From: Clostridia bacterium
GTDB lineage: Bacteria > Bacillota > Clostridia > TANB77 > UBA1234
Length of the DNA: 64,000 bases
Reading direction: 5' to 3'
Assembly (NCBI GenBank): GCA_017462965.1
Contig: JAFTQC010000032.1
Span: forward strand, 138,026 to 202,025
A program made the position numbers and the translations under genes. Positions 1 through 9,303 of the stretch are shown piece after piece (position 1 is the stretch's first letter; the number at the start of each line of letters is the position of its first letter). The notes under the pieces are model-generated. The model was not told where the DNA came from and searched no databases. It saw nothing but the letters and a program-made list of their open reading frames with translations.

Positions 1-830
1 GCTGTGCAAAGAGCGGTGAGGTCAATGCTGTTGATGTCACTTGGTACAAGCTGTTTCCTGAAGTTGCTGAAATCTTGAGAGAGATGGGATATCGCGTTAA
101 TGAGGAACGTGACGAGGTATTTGTCATCTCTTGGAAAGATGCGGAATGTGGAGAAGCATTTGAAACCTGGAAGGCAACTGTTCCGCCTCGCATTAGGAAA
201 GTCCAGAAGGAGATTAAGCAATGTGCGGAGAATGGTGAATTCAGTGCTAATTTTTCCGTTAGATTGTCTCCGGAAGTTGTTGGAAAACTACGAGATATGG
301 GATATTGCATTGATGAAAGCAATCCCAGGGGTCATAGCATCTCTTGGAAATATGTCGAGAGTGGAAATGCGTATAAATCGTTTAAGGCAGCGGTTGAGTA
401 TCACTTCAATAAAGCACGGGAGCATCATATTCGGTTTGGTGTAGAGTGCGGTAGGGAGTATGCCTGGGTGAAATGCTTTCCGAGAGCAGCTGAAACTTTA
501 TTAGAGGCTGGATATCGTCTTGTTGATAAAGCTAATGACGCCCTTAAGGTCTCCTGGGAAGACGCGGAACGTGGAGAAGCGCAAGAGATGTGGAAGGCAA
601 CAATCGAAGTTCCATTCAATGGGGTTCAGAAACGGATTAATTCAAAAGCGAGATTTGGAGAAATCGATGTTGTTTTTCACTTCAGATTACTTCCGGAAGT
701 TGTCAAAGCTCTGCAAGATGAAGGATATCGTGTGATTGAGGAAGAAACTAAATATCATAGAGTATCCTGGAAAGATGCAGAGTGTGGAGAAGCCTTGGAA
801 ATGCGTCGAAAGGCAACCACCAATTTATAA
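1..830 (+). CDS. 5'-truncated tandem-repeat protein, frame open to window start. It has at least 4 units of about 70 aa sharing LPEVV..L..GY.V.E....VSWKDAE.GEA.E.WKA, and is about 50% GC.
   Basis: The frame from position 3 has no stop, so the gene continues upstream and the TTG at 75 is not the true start. The nucleotide period is about 211 bp (units near 88, 300, 511, 723). A hairpin plus T8 terminator lies at 845-880. Confidence 0.6.
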   Translation, partial: CAKSGEVNAVDVTWYKLFPEVAEILREMGYRVNEERDEVFVISWKDAECGEAFETWKATVPPRIRKVQKEIKQCAENGEFSANFSVRLSPEVVGKLRDMGYCIDESNPRGHSISWKYVESGNAYKSFKAAVEYHFNKAREHHIRFGVECGREYAWVKCFPRAAETLLEAGYRLVDKANDALKVSWEDAERGEAQEMWKATIEVPFNGVQKRINSKARFGEIDVVFHFRLLPEVVKALQDEGYRVIEEETKYHRVSWKDAECGEALEMRRKATTNL

Positions 831-1093
831 GCAAAAAGAGAGCAGCTGATTTTATATCAGTTGTCTCTTTTTTTTGTGGGGAATGTCGAGCTTGGCTAAT
901 AAAAGAAGAATGCTGATGGTTGTGACGTTTAATTCATATAGGATAAAACGTTGAAAATAAAGAAAATTTGTTATAAAATACCTGCATAGATAAAGGCGAA
1001 AAAAGTAAGAAAGTTAAGATATTATGTTTGAAAAATGCGATAATATCAAAGAAAGAGAGATAGTTATGATAAATAATATAAAAGAGAGGAAAG

Positions 1094-2356
1094 TTGCTTT
1101 TTATACATTGCGGTTGCAAGGTTAATCAATATGAAACGAATGCGATGGCAGAAGGATTTAGAAATGCAGGATATGAAATTGTTGAATATGAGGAGTATGC
1201 AGACGTTTATGTTGTAAATACATGTACAGTTACTAATATGAGCGATAGAAAATCAAGACAAATATTGAGACGTGCTAAAGAAATAAATCCGGATGCTATA
1301 CTTTGCGCAGTAGGCTGTTATGCACAAGTTGCAAAGGATGAATTAGCAAAAATAGAAGAAATAGATTTGATTCTTGGAAATAACGATAAAAAGCATATTA
1401 TAGAGAAAGTAGAAGAAATGTTGAAAACAAGGGAAAAGATGTTTCAGGTTTCAAATATGCTTGATGAAAGAAAATATACAGAATGGGGATACACGGCGTA
1501 TACGGATAAAGCAAGGGCTGAGATAAAAATACAAGATGGATGTGACAGATACTGTACATATTGCATAATTCCATATGCACGAGGACCTGTTAGAAGTAGA
1601 AAAATTAAGGATATTTGTGAGGAAATTAAGAAAATTGCTGAAACAGACATAAAGGAAATTGTTATAACAGGAATTCATATTTCCTCGTATGGCAAGGATT
1701 TGGAAAATAAACCAACTTTAATTGATTTGCTTGAAACGATTAACGAAATCGAAGGAATAGAAAGAATAAGACTTGGATCTTTGGAACCACTTATTATTAC
1801 TGAGGAATTTGTTACAAGATTAAAAAATTTGCATAAAGTATGTAATCATTTTCATTTATCACTTCAAAGTGGTTGTGATTCAACACTTGAGCGTATGAAT
1901 AGAAGGTATACCACTGATGAGTTTAGAAAAATTGTAAATATATTAAGGAACAATATTGAAGAAGTTGCTTTGACAACTGATGTAATCGTAGGATTTCCGG
2001 GTGAGACAGACGAAGAGTTTGAAGTTACATATAAATTTCTAGAAGAAATAAAATTTTCTAAAATGCATGTTTTTAAATATTCACCAAGAAAAGGAACAAA
2101 AGCGGCAACGTTCCCAAAACAAGTGGATGGAAAAATCAAGGATTTAAGAAGTGAAAAATTGATAGAATTATCCTTGAAAAATGAAATAGAATTTGCAAAA
2201 CAATATTTAAATAAAGAAGTCAAGGTTCTTTTTGAAAATGAACATGATGGTCATACAACTAATTATATTGAGGTGTATTCAAAAGAAGAACAGAAGCCAA
2301 ATACATTAATTGATGTATTAGTAAGAGAGCAAAAAAATGGAGTTATTCATTGTTAA
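1094..2356 (+). CDS. mtaB: tRNA t6A37 methylthiotransferase MtaB (radical SAM MTTase with TRAM domain). The N-terminus is split by a frameshift.
   Basis: Contains CDRYCTYC (CxxxCxxC) and the three N-domain cysteines (GCKVN, NTCTVT, VGCYAQ). An upstream ATG at 1066 with RBS encodes MINNIKERKVAFYTL in another frame, stopping at 1123. Confidence 0.85.
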   Translation: MLFIHCGCKVNQYETNAMAEGFRNAGYEIVEYEEYADVYVVNTCTVTNMSDRKSRQILRRAKEINPDAILCAVGCYAQVAKDELAKIEEIDLILGNNDKKHIIEKVEEMLKTREKMFQVSNMLDERKYTEWGYTAYTDKARAEIKIQDGCDRYCTYCIIPYARGPVRSRKIKDICEEIKKIAETDIKEIVITGIHISSYGKDLENKPTLIDLLETINEIEGIERIRLGSLEPLIITEEFVTRLKNLHKVCNHFHLSLQSGCDSTLERMNRRYTTDEFRKIVNILRNNIEEVALTTDVIVGFPGETDEEFEVTYKFLEEIKFSKMHVFKYSPRKGTKAATFPKQVDGKIKDLRSEKLIELSLKNEIEFAKQYLNKEVKVLFENEHDGHTTNYIEVYSKEEQKPNTLIDVLVREQKNGVIHC

Positions 2357-2420
2357 TTTTACTTGAACTTTTAAAATGTTTATTATAAAATTTTATTAAC
2401 ATTTGAAAGGAGTAAGAAAG

Positions 2421-2792
2421 ATGGTAATTAACGAAGAAAAAAGACAAAAATTTATGGAGTACGCAGGAAAAAGAGTAAATAATGTTTTGCATGATATGCA
2501 AATTCTAGAGCCAATGTCTAGAAGTGCTGCGTATGATTTTACAAGACAAGATGTAGACGAAATGTTTGCAGCAATGCAAGAAACATTAAATAATGTAAAA
2601 GCTGAATTTGAGAAAAAATTTGAGGAGAAAGCTAGAGCTGAGAAGAAAACATTCGTATTTGGACAAACAACAGCATCAGAAGCAGCGGTGACAGCTACTG
2701 CTCCAGCTGTAAGTGAGACAGAACCTGTAGTTACAGCTACAGTTGCAGAAGCAACATTAGCTACTGATGCATCAGCAGAAGATACATTTTAA
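2421..2792 (+). CDS. Hypothetical small protein with an Ala/Thr-rich low-complexity C-terminus.
   Basis: RBS aaaggag before the ATG at 2421. Promoter TTGAAC-17-TAAAAT lies near 2366-2394. Confidence 0.5.
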   Translation: MVINEEKRQKFMEYAGKRVNNVLHDMQILEPMSRSAAYDFTRQDVDEMFAAMQETLNNVKAEFEKKFEEKARAEKKTFVFGQTTASEAAVTATAPAVSETEPVVTATVAEATLATDASAEDTF

Positions 2793-2824
2793 TTTTTTAG
2801 CAAGAGGGGCGTCCCTCTTGCTAG

Positions 2825-2853
2825 TTGACAAAATACGGATTTCGTAGTAGAAT
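2825..2853 (+). promoter_or_regulatory. Sigma-A type promoter, TTGACA-17-TAGAAT.
   Basis: Exact hexamers with a 17 nt spacer, 45 nt upstream of the 2899 ORF. Confidence 0.5.
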
Positions 2854-2898
2854 ACACATGGTTTTGAACCTTATATTATCTGTATTGGAGGGAGTTTT

Positions 2899-3132
2899 AT
2901 GAAGATAACTCTGCAGCAAGTTCGAACCAACTTCCCTGGATGTATCCCTTGCCAATCCGACAATATCAAGGCCAGCTGCCAAGATGATGCACTGTGCAAA
3001 GTGCGGTTCCATCTTGGTGAGCCGGATAGTCTGGTTATTCAGGCACTTGAAGTCACCTGCGAATGCTGTGGTGAATCGGGTTATTATCCTGTCGGCCATC
3101 TCGGAAAGACTCGCAAGATGCTGAAACTGTAA
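2899..3132 (+). CDS. 77-aa Cys-rich protein (7 Cys, including a CECCG cluster) of unknown function, about 52% GC.
   Basis: Strong RBS ggaggga before the ATG. It has its own promoter, and the terminator hairpin ccccatcgaa..ttcggtgggg plus T-run lies at about 3214-3250. Confidence 0.5.
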   Translation: MKITLQQVRTNFPGCIPCQSDNIKASCQDDALCKVRFHLGEPDSLVIQALEVTCECCGESGYYPVGHLGKTRKMLKL

Positions 3133-3352
3133 GCGATACGGTTTTACAGCTTATTTTATTCGATGTCAATCTGAGAAACTTATGAACAAAACACCTTATA
3201 AGGGTGTCCCCATCGAACTTATTTCGGTGGGGTTTTTTATTTTAATTTGACGAATTTTATTGCAATAAGTTAAATGGTTGTGATATAATTCACCCATTCG
3301 TGTTGCTTACGCGAAAAATAAATAATCTTATATAAGTGGAGGTGTTATTTTA

Positions 3353-5605
3353 ATGAACATTACACACGAAGATGAGACTAAAGAATTACAGAAATTAAAT
3401 AAGACGCAAAGGTTTATAGACAATGAAATCAAGGAAAGTGAAGAAAGACTTGAAAGAGGTTTTGAAGACTACGATTTTGATGACTATGCCGATGACTTTA
3501 TGAAAGCAGCCCTTAAAGAAAAGTTTAACCAAAGAATTAAAAATTTGAAAATGGTTAGACAAAAACCATACTTTGCAAGAGTGGATTTTGTTGAAGATGG
3601 TGAGGAAAAAAGGGATGCTTTTTATTTGGGAAAAGTTATGGTTACAGACCATGACACGCTTGAACAGATTGTAATTGACTGGAGAGCTCCGATTGCAGAT
3701 CTTTATTATGAAGGTCGACTTGGTGAAGCTACTTACAAATGTCCTGCTGGTGAAATCAAGGGAGAAATAAAATTAAAGAGACAGTATTTCTTTGATGATA
3801 AAGGACTTGCAGATGTGATGGATATTGATATCACGACAAATGATGAAATGTTGCAACCATTTTTGTCAGCTAATTCTGATACTAGACTTAAGAATATTAT
3901 CTCTACAATTCAGGCGGAACAAAATAGAATTATACGTTCAGATATGTGGCAACCTCTTGTTGTGCAAGGAGTTGCTGGTAGTGGAAAAACCACAATTGCA
4001 CTTCATAGAATTGCTTATCTAATATACAATTATGATAAAAACTTTTTTCCTGAAGAGTTTTTGATAATTGCTCCTAATAAATTCTTTTTAAATTATATTT
4101 CAAACGTATTACCTGATTTAGGTGTTGATAGAGTAGGCCAAAGTACTTACGAAGAAATTGCTTTTGAAGTAATCGGAAGCAAATTTGAAATAGAAGAACC
4201 AAATGAAAAACTTGCAAGAATAATAAACAATAATAAATCTGAAAAAGAGGAGAAAGCTTGCAAGATAATTGAAGAAGCTTCAATATTTAAATCTTCAATA
4301 AGATATAAAAATGTTATTGATGATTATATTTATGAAATAGAAAAAAGAATGTTGCCAGAAGATGATTTTAGAATTGGCAAATATATTTTTATGACAAAAC
4401 AAGAAATTGCGCATTTATATTATAGAGAATATGGAAACCTGCCAATATGCCGTAGAATAGAAGAAATTTCAAAACATCTTAAAAATTCTGTTACTATGAG
4501 AAATGGAGTAATAATAAAAGATATTGAAGAAGATAGAGATTATAAAGTTGCGAAAATTAAGCAAGAAGAGGATAATGAGCAAATAAGACTTGCAATGATA
4601 CGAGATGTTTATGATGAAGCAGATCAAATGAAAAAAACGGTGACAAAAGATGTTCAAAAGTATGTTCAAAAGTTCTTTTCAAATCAGAAAGTGTTAGAAC
4701 CTATAAAATATTATCGTGAATTTATAGATTATTATTTAGAGGAATTTGCAAGCCAGAGAATTCCTAAAGAGCAAATTGCATATATAAAAAATTCGTTTGA
4801 TAAATCGCAACGTACTGGAAAAATAGAAATGGAAGATATTGCGCCACTTATGTATTTAAAATACATGATTCATGGTGTTAAAACAAAATTTGATTTGAAA
4901 CATATTGTAATTGACGAGGCACAAGATTTTAGCGAATTTCAATTTTATATTTTTAAGAAAATTGTTAAGAGTAATTCGCTTACGATATTAGGTGATTTGT
5001 CGCAGGGAATTTATTATTATCGTGGTACACAAAACTGGCAAAAGACGATGAGTACTGTTTTTGGTGTTGATAACGAGCCGCAATATTTGACGCTTAAAAA
5101 GACGTATAGAACTACTGAAGAAATAATGAATGTTGCAAACCAAATCATTTCACATATAACGGATAAATTAAATTGTGCTTTGGGCGAGCCTGTAATGAAA
5201 AATGGTGAACCAGTTACAATTAAAGAGTTTGGTACAGAGCAAGAAATGTATGAAACAATAAAGGAAAGAATTAAAAAACTTAAGTCACGTAATCTGAAAA
5301 ATATTGCATTGATAGGAAAAACTGTAGATGATTGCAAAGAGATAGCAAATGCGATGAGTGATTTTAATGAAAATGAAATCCACATTATAAGTGATAAAGA
5401 TTCAGAATATAATGGTGGAATAAGCATTGTTCCTTCGTATTTGTCAAAAGGCTTAGAGTTTGATGCAGTTATTGTTACAAACGCAGATGTGCATAATTAT
5501 ACAGATTCAGAAGTTGATACAAAGCTTCTTTATGTGTGTGCAACTAGAGCAATGAATACACTTGATATATATCATGTTGAGCCTTTAACATGCTTACTTA
5601 AATAG
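3353..5605 (+). CDS. helD: UvrD-like DNA helicase, HelD/helicase IV type.
   Basis: Walker A GVAGSGKTT and DEAQD are present, with a C-terminal UvrD_C-like segment LYVCATRAMNTLDIY. Promoter TTGCAA-18-TATAAT near 3263-3292. Confidence 0.75.
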   Translation: MNITHEDETKELQKLNKTQRFIDNEIKESEERLERGFEDYDFDDYADDFMKAALKEKFNQRIKNLKMVRQKPYFARVDFVEDGEEKRDAFYLGKVMVTDHDTLEQIVIDWRAPIADLYYEGRLGEATYKCPAGEIKGEIKLKRQYFFDDKGLADVMDIDITTNDEMLQPFLSANSDTRLKNIISTIQAEQNRIIRSDMWQPLVVQGVAGSGKTTIALHRIAYLIYNYDKNFFPEEFLIIAPNKFFLNYISNVLPDLGVDRVGQSTYEEIAFEVIGSKFEIEEPNEKLARIINNNKSEKEEKACKIIEEASIFKSSIRYKNVIDDYIYEIEKRMLPEDDFRIGKYIFMTKQEIAHLYYREYGNLPICRRIEEISKHLKNSVTMRNGVIIKDIEEDRDYKVAKIKQEEDNEQIRLAMIRDVYDEADQMKKTVTKDVQKYVQKFFSNQKVLEPIKYYREFIDYYLEEFASQRIPKEQIAYIKNSFDKSQRTGKIEMEDIAPLMYLKYMIHGVKTKFDLKHIVIDEAQDFSEFQFYIFKKIVKSNSLTILGDLSQGIYYYRGTQNWQKTMSTVFGVDNEPQYLTLKKTYRTTEEIMNVANQIISHITDKLNCALGEPVMKNGEPVTIKEFGTEQEMYETIKERIKKLKSRNLKNIALIGKTVDDCKEIANAMSDFNENEIHIISDKDSEYNGGISIVPSYLSKGLEFDAVIVTNADVHNYTDSEVDTKLLYVCATRAMNTLDIYHVEPLTCLLK

Positions 5606-5703
5606 AATAAAATATAGATGATTAATACCCTGAGTTTACTTGAAAAAAATGTAAATTCAGGGTATAATTATATAAAACTTGTCGAAAGATGGGACGTGAT
5701 TTG

Positions 5704-7608
5704 ATGAATAAAAAAGTGTATAGATTTCTTATATTGATGATATTTATTATTACTGTTTTTTCTTCGTGTGTATTTGGAACGGAAACAAATGCACCAATTT
5801 TAGTGAAAAAAGTTGAAATATCATCTCTAAAAATTCCACAATTAAATGAAACAATTGATAAAGATGTTACAATAAAAAGAACTGATGCAGTTACTGTTTC
5901 AAATATAGTCTGGTATAAAGACGGATTGCCGATGTTTTCGGATACATTTGATGTACCTGGAGTATATGTATGCAGAATTTATTTAGACGTAAAAGACGGA
6001 TACATACTTTCTTCTCTTACTGAATTTATGGTTAAAGAGGGAAAAGTTACGTATGCAGTAATGGCTGGTAAACCAATGATAAGTATCACTTTTACAGTAA
6101 AAGAGCCTACGATTTCATATCCAAAGCAGATAAGAGTTGGTGATTTTGACATTCCTAAAGCTGGTAAAAAACCGGATTATGCTTTATCATCGGATTATCC
6201 TGAATTTTATACAATTAATAAAGTTGAGTGGTATAAAAATAATTCTTTAATGAATGAAAATGATGTTTTTAGAGGAGGAACATATAAATGCAGGGTTTAT
6301 ATTACGACAATCAATGGTTTTTCATTATATGAAGGTCTTCTTATTCGTATTGGGCGTGAGTATGCATCAGCTGTTACAACGACTACAGAAACATATATAG
6401 AAACTGAATATTTTGTTGAACCACTTAATGATGATAAATATGTTTCCGTAGCTAGTATAATTTTTGAAAAGACACCTTCTTTTGGATTAAAAAAAGAAAG
6501 TATTATGCCTAAAAAAGGCGAGAGTAAATATTATGATATAGATGAAGTTATTTGGTATAAAGATAATGGAATAATGTATGAAGATTATTTTTATTCAGGA
6601 ACATATAAATGTAGAGTTTATCTAAAGTTTATCAATGGGGGCTATTCAGATAATACTTTGGATGTATATATGGGAGATTCTTTTCTCCCAAAACCTGTGT
6701 CTAGTATAAATGGTAGGTATTTTGCTGAAAGATCTTTTACTATAAAAGAACCATATATTAAAACTTTTGAGTTTAATGAATTGAAGCTTCCTGAGTATGG
6801 AGGGATACAAGATAATAAAATAGAATCTGTATATCCGGGAATGTATATACCAAGTATGGTGTATTGGTATAAAGATGGTAAATTTATGTCTAATGTTGAT
6901 GTCTTTGAAGAGGGAATGTATACATGTAAGTTTACTCTTACAGTGAATAACGAATGTATTATTGATGAAAAGGCAAATGCGAAGATAAATGGCCTTGCTG
7001 CTACTGTTACTCAAGCTTATAATACGATTACAGTTGAAATGAATTATGAAGTTAAAAAGCCTAACATGGTTTGGACCAATTCATCCGATTGGTCAAAAAC
7101 TGAGCTTGAAGCAGCACTAAATCATGCGCTTATTCCTCAGGTGTTACATAATAAAGATTACACTCAAAGTATAACACGAGCAGAATTTGCTGCTGTTGCG
7201 GTTAAGTTATATGAGAGACTAGCATACAAAACAGCAAATCCGATAAGTACTAATCCTTTTACAGACACAAATGATGTGGAAATTCTAAAGGCATATGCAT
7301 TGGGAATTACAAACGGAACATCTTCAACAACATTTGAGCCAAACAGCTTAATAACAAGACAAGAAATGGCAACGATGATGGTAAGGGCACTAACTAAAGC
7401 TGGAATAAATACAAATGTAAATTTGTCAAATGTGTCAAGATTTTCTGATCATGATAAAATTGATGGGTGGGCGCTTAATGGAGTCTACTTCATGTCAAAC
7501 ATTGGAATTATAAAGGGAGTTGGAAATAATACATTTGATGTGTTTGGAAATGCAACAAGAGAAGAAGCATTGGCAATATCAATTAGAAGTGTGAATAAGT
7601 TTAAATAA
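5704..7608 (+). CDS. Secreted cell-surface protein. It has 5 tandem ~90-aa repeats (WYKDG...G.Y.C.VY) and three C-terminal SLH domains.
   Basis: Signal peptide MNKKVYRFLILMIFIITVFSS. SLH-like triplicate at the C-terminus (ITRAEFAAV.., ITRQEMATMMVRAL.., NATREEALAISIR). Confidence 0.8.
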   Translation: MNKKVYRFLILMIFIITVFSSCVFGTETNAPILVKKVEISSLKIPQLNETIDKDVTIKRTDAVTVSNIVWYKDGLPMFSDTFDVPGVYVCRIYLDVKDGYILSSLTEFMVKEGKVTYAVMAGKPMISITFTVKEPTISYPKQIRVGDFDIPKAGKKPDYALSSDYPEFYTINKVEWYKNNSLMNENDVFRGGTYKCRVYITTINGFSLYEGLLIRIGREYASAVTTTTETYIETEYFVEPLNDDKYVSVASIIFEKTPSFGLKKESIMPKKGESKYYDIDEVIWYKDNGIMYEDYFYSGTYKCRVYLKFINGGYSDNTLDVYMGDSFLPKPVSSINGRYFAERSFTIKEPYIKTFEFNELKLPEYGGIQDNKIESVYPGMYIPSMVYWYKDGKFMSNVDVFEEGMYTCKFTLTVNNECIIDEKANAKINGLAATVTQAYNTITVEMNYEVKKPNMVWTNSSDWSKTELEAALNHALIPQVLHNKDYTQSITRAEFAAVAVKLYERLAYKTANPISTNPFTDTNDVEILKAYALGITNGTSSTTFEPNSLITRQEMATMMVRALTKAGINTNVNLSNVSRFSDHDKIDGWALNGVYFMSNIGIIKGVGNNTFDVFGNATREEALAISIRSVNKFK

Positions 7609-7612
7609 AAAT

Positions 7613-7807
7613 TTGGAAATTGGGACGGTTCCTTTTTCCAGATTTTAATAATTGACAACAAAAAAGTATTGTTTTTAAGCCTCGGACAACTCATTATTCA
7701 TTGCGAACAAGATGCAATGAAAATGAGAACTCGGCGACAAAAAACAATACTTTTTTGTTGTCTTAAATAGTTTCATTTTTGGAAAAAGGAACCGTCCCAA
7801 TTTCCAA
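7613..7807. repeat. MITE-like palindromic element, copy A (195 bp). The TIRs are 28 bp: ttggaaattgggacggttcctttttcca.
   Basis: Perfect 28-bp terminal inverted repeats. The inner inverted repeat is caacaaaaaagtattgtttt / aaaacaatacttttttgttg. It exactly fills the gap between convergent stops 7608 and 7809. Confidence 0.85.
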
Positions 7808-7808
7808 T

Positions 7809-8444
7809 TTAATTTTTAGTTCTTTTTTTGTATTCTTTACAATATGTGTTGATGACGCATTCGTTACATTTAGGTTTTCTTGCATCACAAATGGCTCTGC
7901 CATAGTAGACAAATAGGTGATTCATAACACGCCAATACTTTTTTGGTATTTTTCTTAATAAATCTTGTTCTACTTTTGATGCGTCAGTATTTTTGGAAAG
8001 ACCTAGTTTGTTTGAAATTCGAAGTGCATGAGTATCAACTGCGATTCCTTGACAGTTATTAAAAGCTTCAAGCATTATTACATTTGCAGATTTTCTACCG
8101 ATTCCAGAAAGAGTGGTAAGCTCTTCCATAGTTTCTGGAACAACGCCATTAAAATTATTCATTATTTGCACGGATGCTTCACGTATATGCTTAGCTTTAT
8201 TGCGAAAGAAACTGATTGATGAGATTAACTTTTCAATTTCTGAAACTTTCATTTTTGAAAAAGCTTCAGGTGTGTTTGCAATTTTAAAAAGCTCTTTTGT
8301 AACTATATTTACTCGAGCATCTGTGCATTGTGCCGAAAGCATTACGGCGACTAATAGCTCAAAAGGAGTTGTATAATCTAAAGAACCTTTTTCACCATCG
8401 TAACATTTAGATAATTCAATAATAATTTTTTCGATATTTTTCAT
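7809..8444 (-). CDS. nth: Endonuclease III (HhH-GPD DNA glycosylase with a [4Fe-4S] loop).
   Basis: C-terminal CDARKPKCNEC..C motif. Start MKNIEKII with RBS gaggt. Confidence 0.85.
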   Translation of the reverse strand: MKNIEKIIIELSKCYDGEKGSLDYTTPFELLVAVMLSAQCTDARVNIVTKELFKIANTPEAFSKMKVSEIEKLISSISFFRNKAKHIREASVQIMNNFNGVVPETMEELTTLSGIGRKSANVIMLEAFNNCQGIAVDTHALRISNKLGLSKNTDASKVEQDLLRKIPKKYWRVMNHLFVYYGRAICDARKPKCNECVINTYCKEYKKRTKN

Positions 8445-8534
8445 AACATACCTCGTGTAATTTAGAATGTGACGTGTTTTTGTCACAATACTGATTTTAT
8501 CACATACAATATAGTAAATCAAAGGTAAGGAGAG

Positions 8535-8690
8535 ATGCCGAAAATGAATTTGTTTAAGAAAACTTTTGGAGTTTGTTTAATAGGATTTGGTTTTGGAACT
8601 TTATTAGTTTTATTACTTCCAGTATCCGGATGGATTTTCGGCATAGGAGTGATTACATTGTTAATGGGATTAATTTGGCTTTGTAGATAA
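8535..8690 (+). CDS. 51-aa small two-helix membrane peptide, below the ORF-track length cutoff.
   Basis: ATG at 8535 after the RBS aaggtaaggagag. Hydrophobic sequence MPKMNLFKKTFGVCLIGFGFGTLLVLLLPVSGWIFGIGVITLLMGLIWLCR. Confidence 0.3.
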   Translation: MPKMNLFKKTFGVCLIGFGFGTLLVLLLPVSGWIFGIGVITLLMGLIWLCR

Positions 8691-8821
8691 AATGAGAGGG
8701 AGTGGAATTATGAGAATTCTAGTTTACAGACCATCTAAGATAATGAGAAAAGTATTGCAATTTATGTTCAAAATAAAGAAATCTGAGGAATAGACAATAC
8801 ATAATATACGAGACAATTCAA

Positions 8822-8857
8822 AATCGTCCACGAGGGACGTCCGTCAAATGGACGATT
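8822..8857. repeat. GGACG-core palindromic repeat, type H3 (aatcgtcca..gggacgtcc..atggacgatt).
   Basis: Related copies occur at 24374-24410 and 46746-46786. Confidence 0.6.
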
Positions 8858-8867
8858 TTGAGTAAAA

Positions 8868-8898
8868 AAAAGCACCAGCTAAAACTGGTGTTTTTTTA
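8868..8898. terminator. Bidirectional rho-independent terminator: A-run, hairpin caccagctaaaactggtg, T-run.
   Basis: Sits immediately 3' of rpmB on the minus strand. Confidence 0.7.
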
Positions 8899-9084
8899 TT
8901 AAGCTCTTTCAATTAATCCAGATCTTAAACATCTAGAGCAAACTGTTAATTTTTTAGGTGTACCATCAACTACAGCTCTAACTGTTCTTAAATTTGGTTT
9001 CCAAGTTCTTGAAGATCTTCTATGTGAGTGACTCACTTGCATTGAGAACACTTTTTCTTTTTCACAAATTTCGCATTTTGCCAT
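8899..9084 (-). CDS. rpmB: 50S ribosomal protein L28.
   Basis: MAKCEICEK...SHSHRRS..TW.PNL family signature. Confidence 0.85.
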   Translation of the reverse strand: MAKCEICEKEKVFSMQVSHSHRRSSRTWKPNLRTVRAVVDGTPKKLTVCSRCLRSGLIERA

Positions 9085-9274
9085 TTCTAGCACCTCCCTC
9101 AGGTTTTTCTAAAATCGTTCTTTGATATTTTAGCACAAATAATAAACTTTGACAACAATTTTTACAATTTATTGCAATCAAAGTATATTAAATGGAATTA
9201 ATTGTAAGTTATATCTTTTGTTGCACGGATAGTTTATGACTTTTAAAGCAATTTGTCAATAATAATTTAAAAAT

Positions 9275-9299
9275 GGACAAAAGCCCCGTCCCTTTGTCC
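9275..9299. terminator. H2-type hairpin ggacaaaagccccgtccctttgtcc plus T-run. Terminator of the mcrB-like gene.
   Basis: 7-bp stem ggacaaa/tttgtcc followed by ttttt. Same unit recurs at 22419, 24347, 36713, 42705 and 42776. Confidence 0.65.
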
Positions 9300-9303
9300 A
9301 TTT

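Noticed and set aside
75-830. TTG at 75 as the start of the repeat protein.
   Set aside because: The reading frame is open back to position 3 and the upstream residues continue the repeat pattern, so the gene is simply truncated by the window edge.
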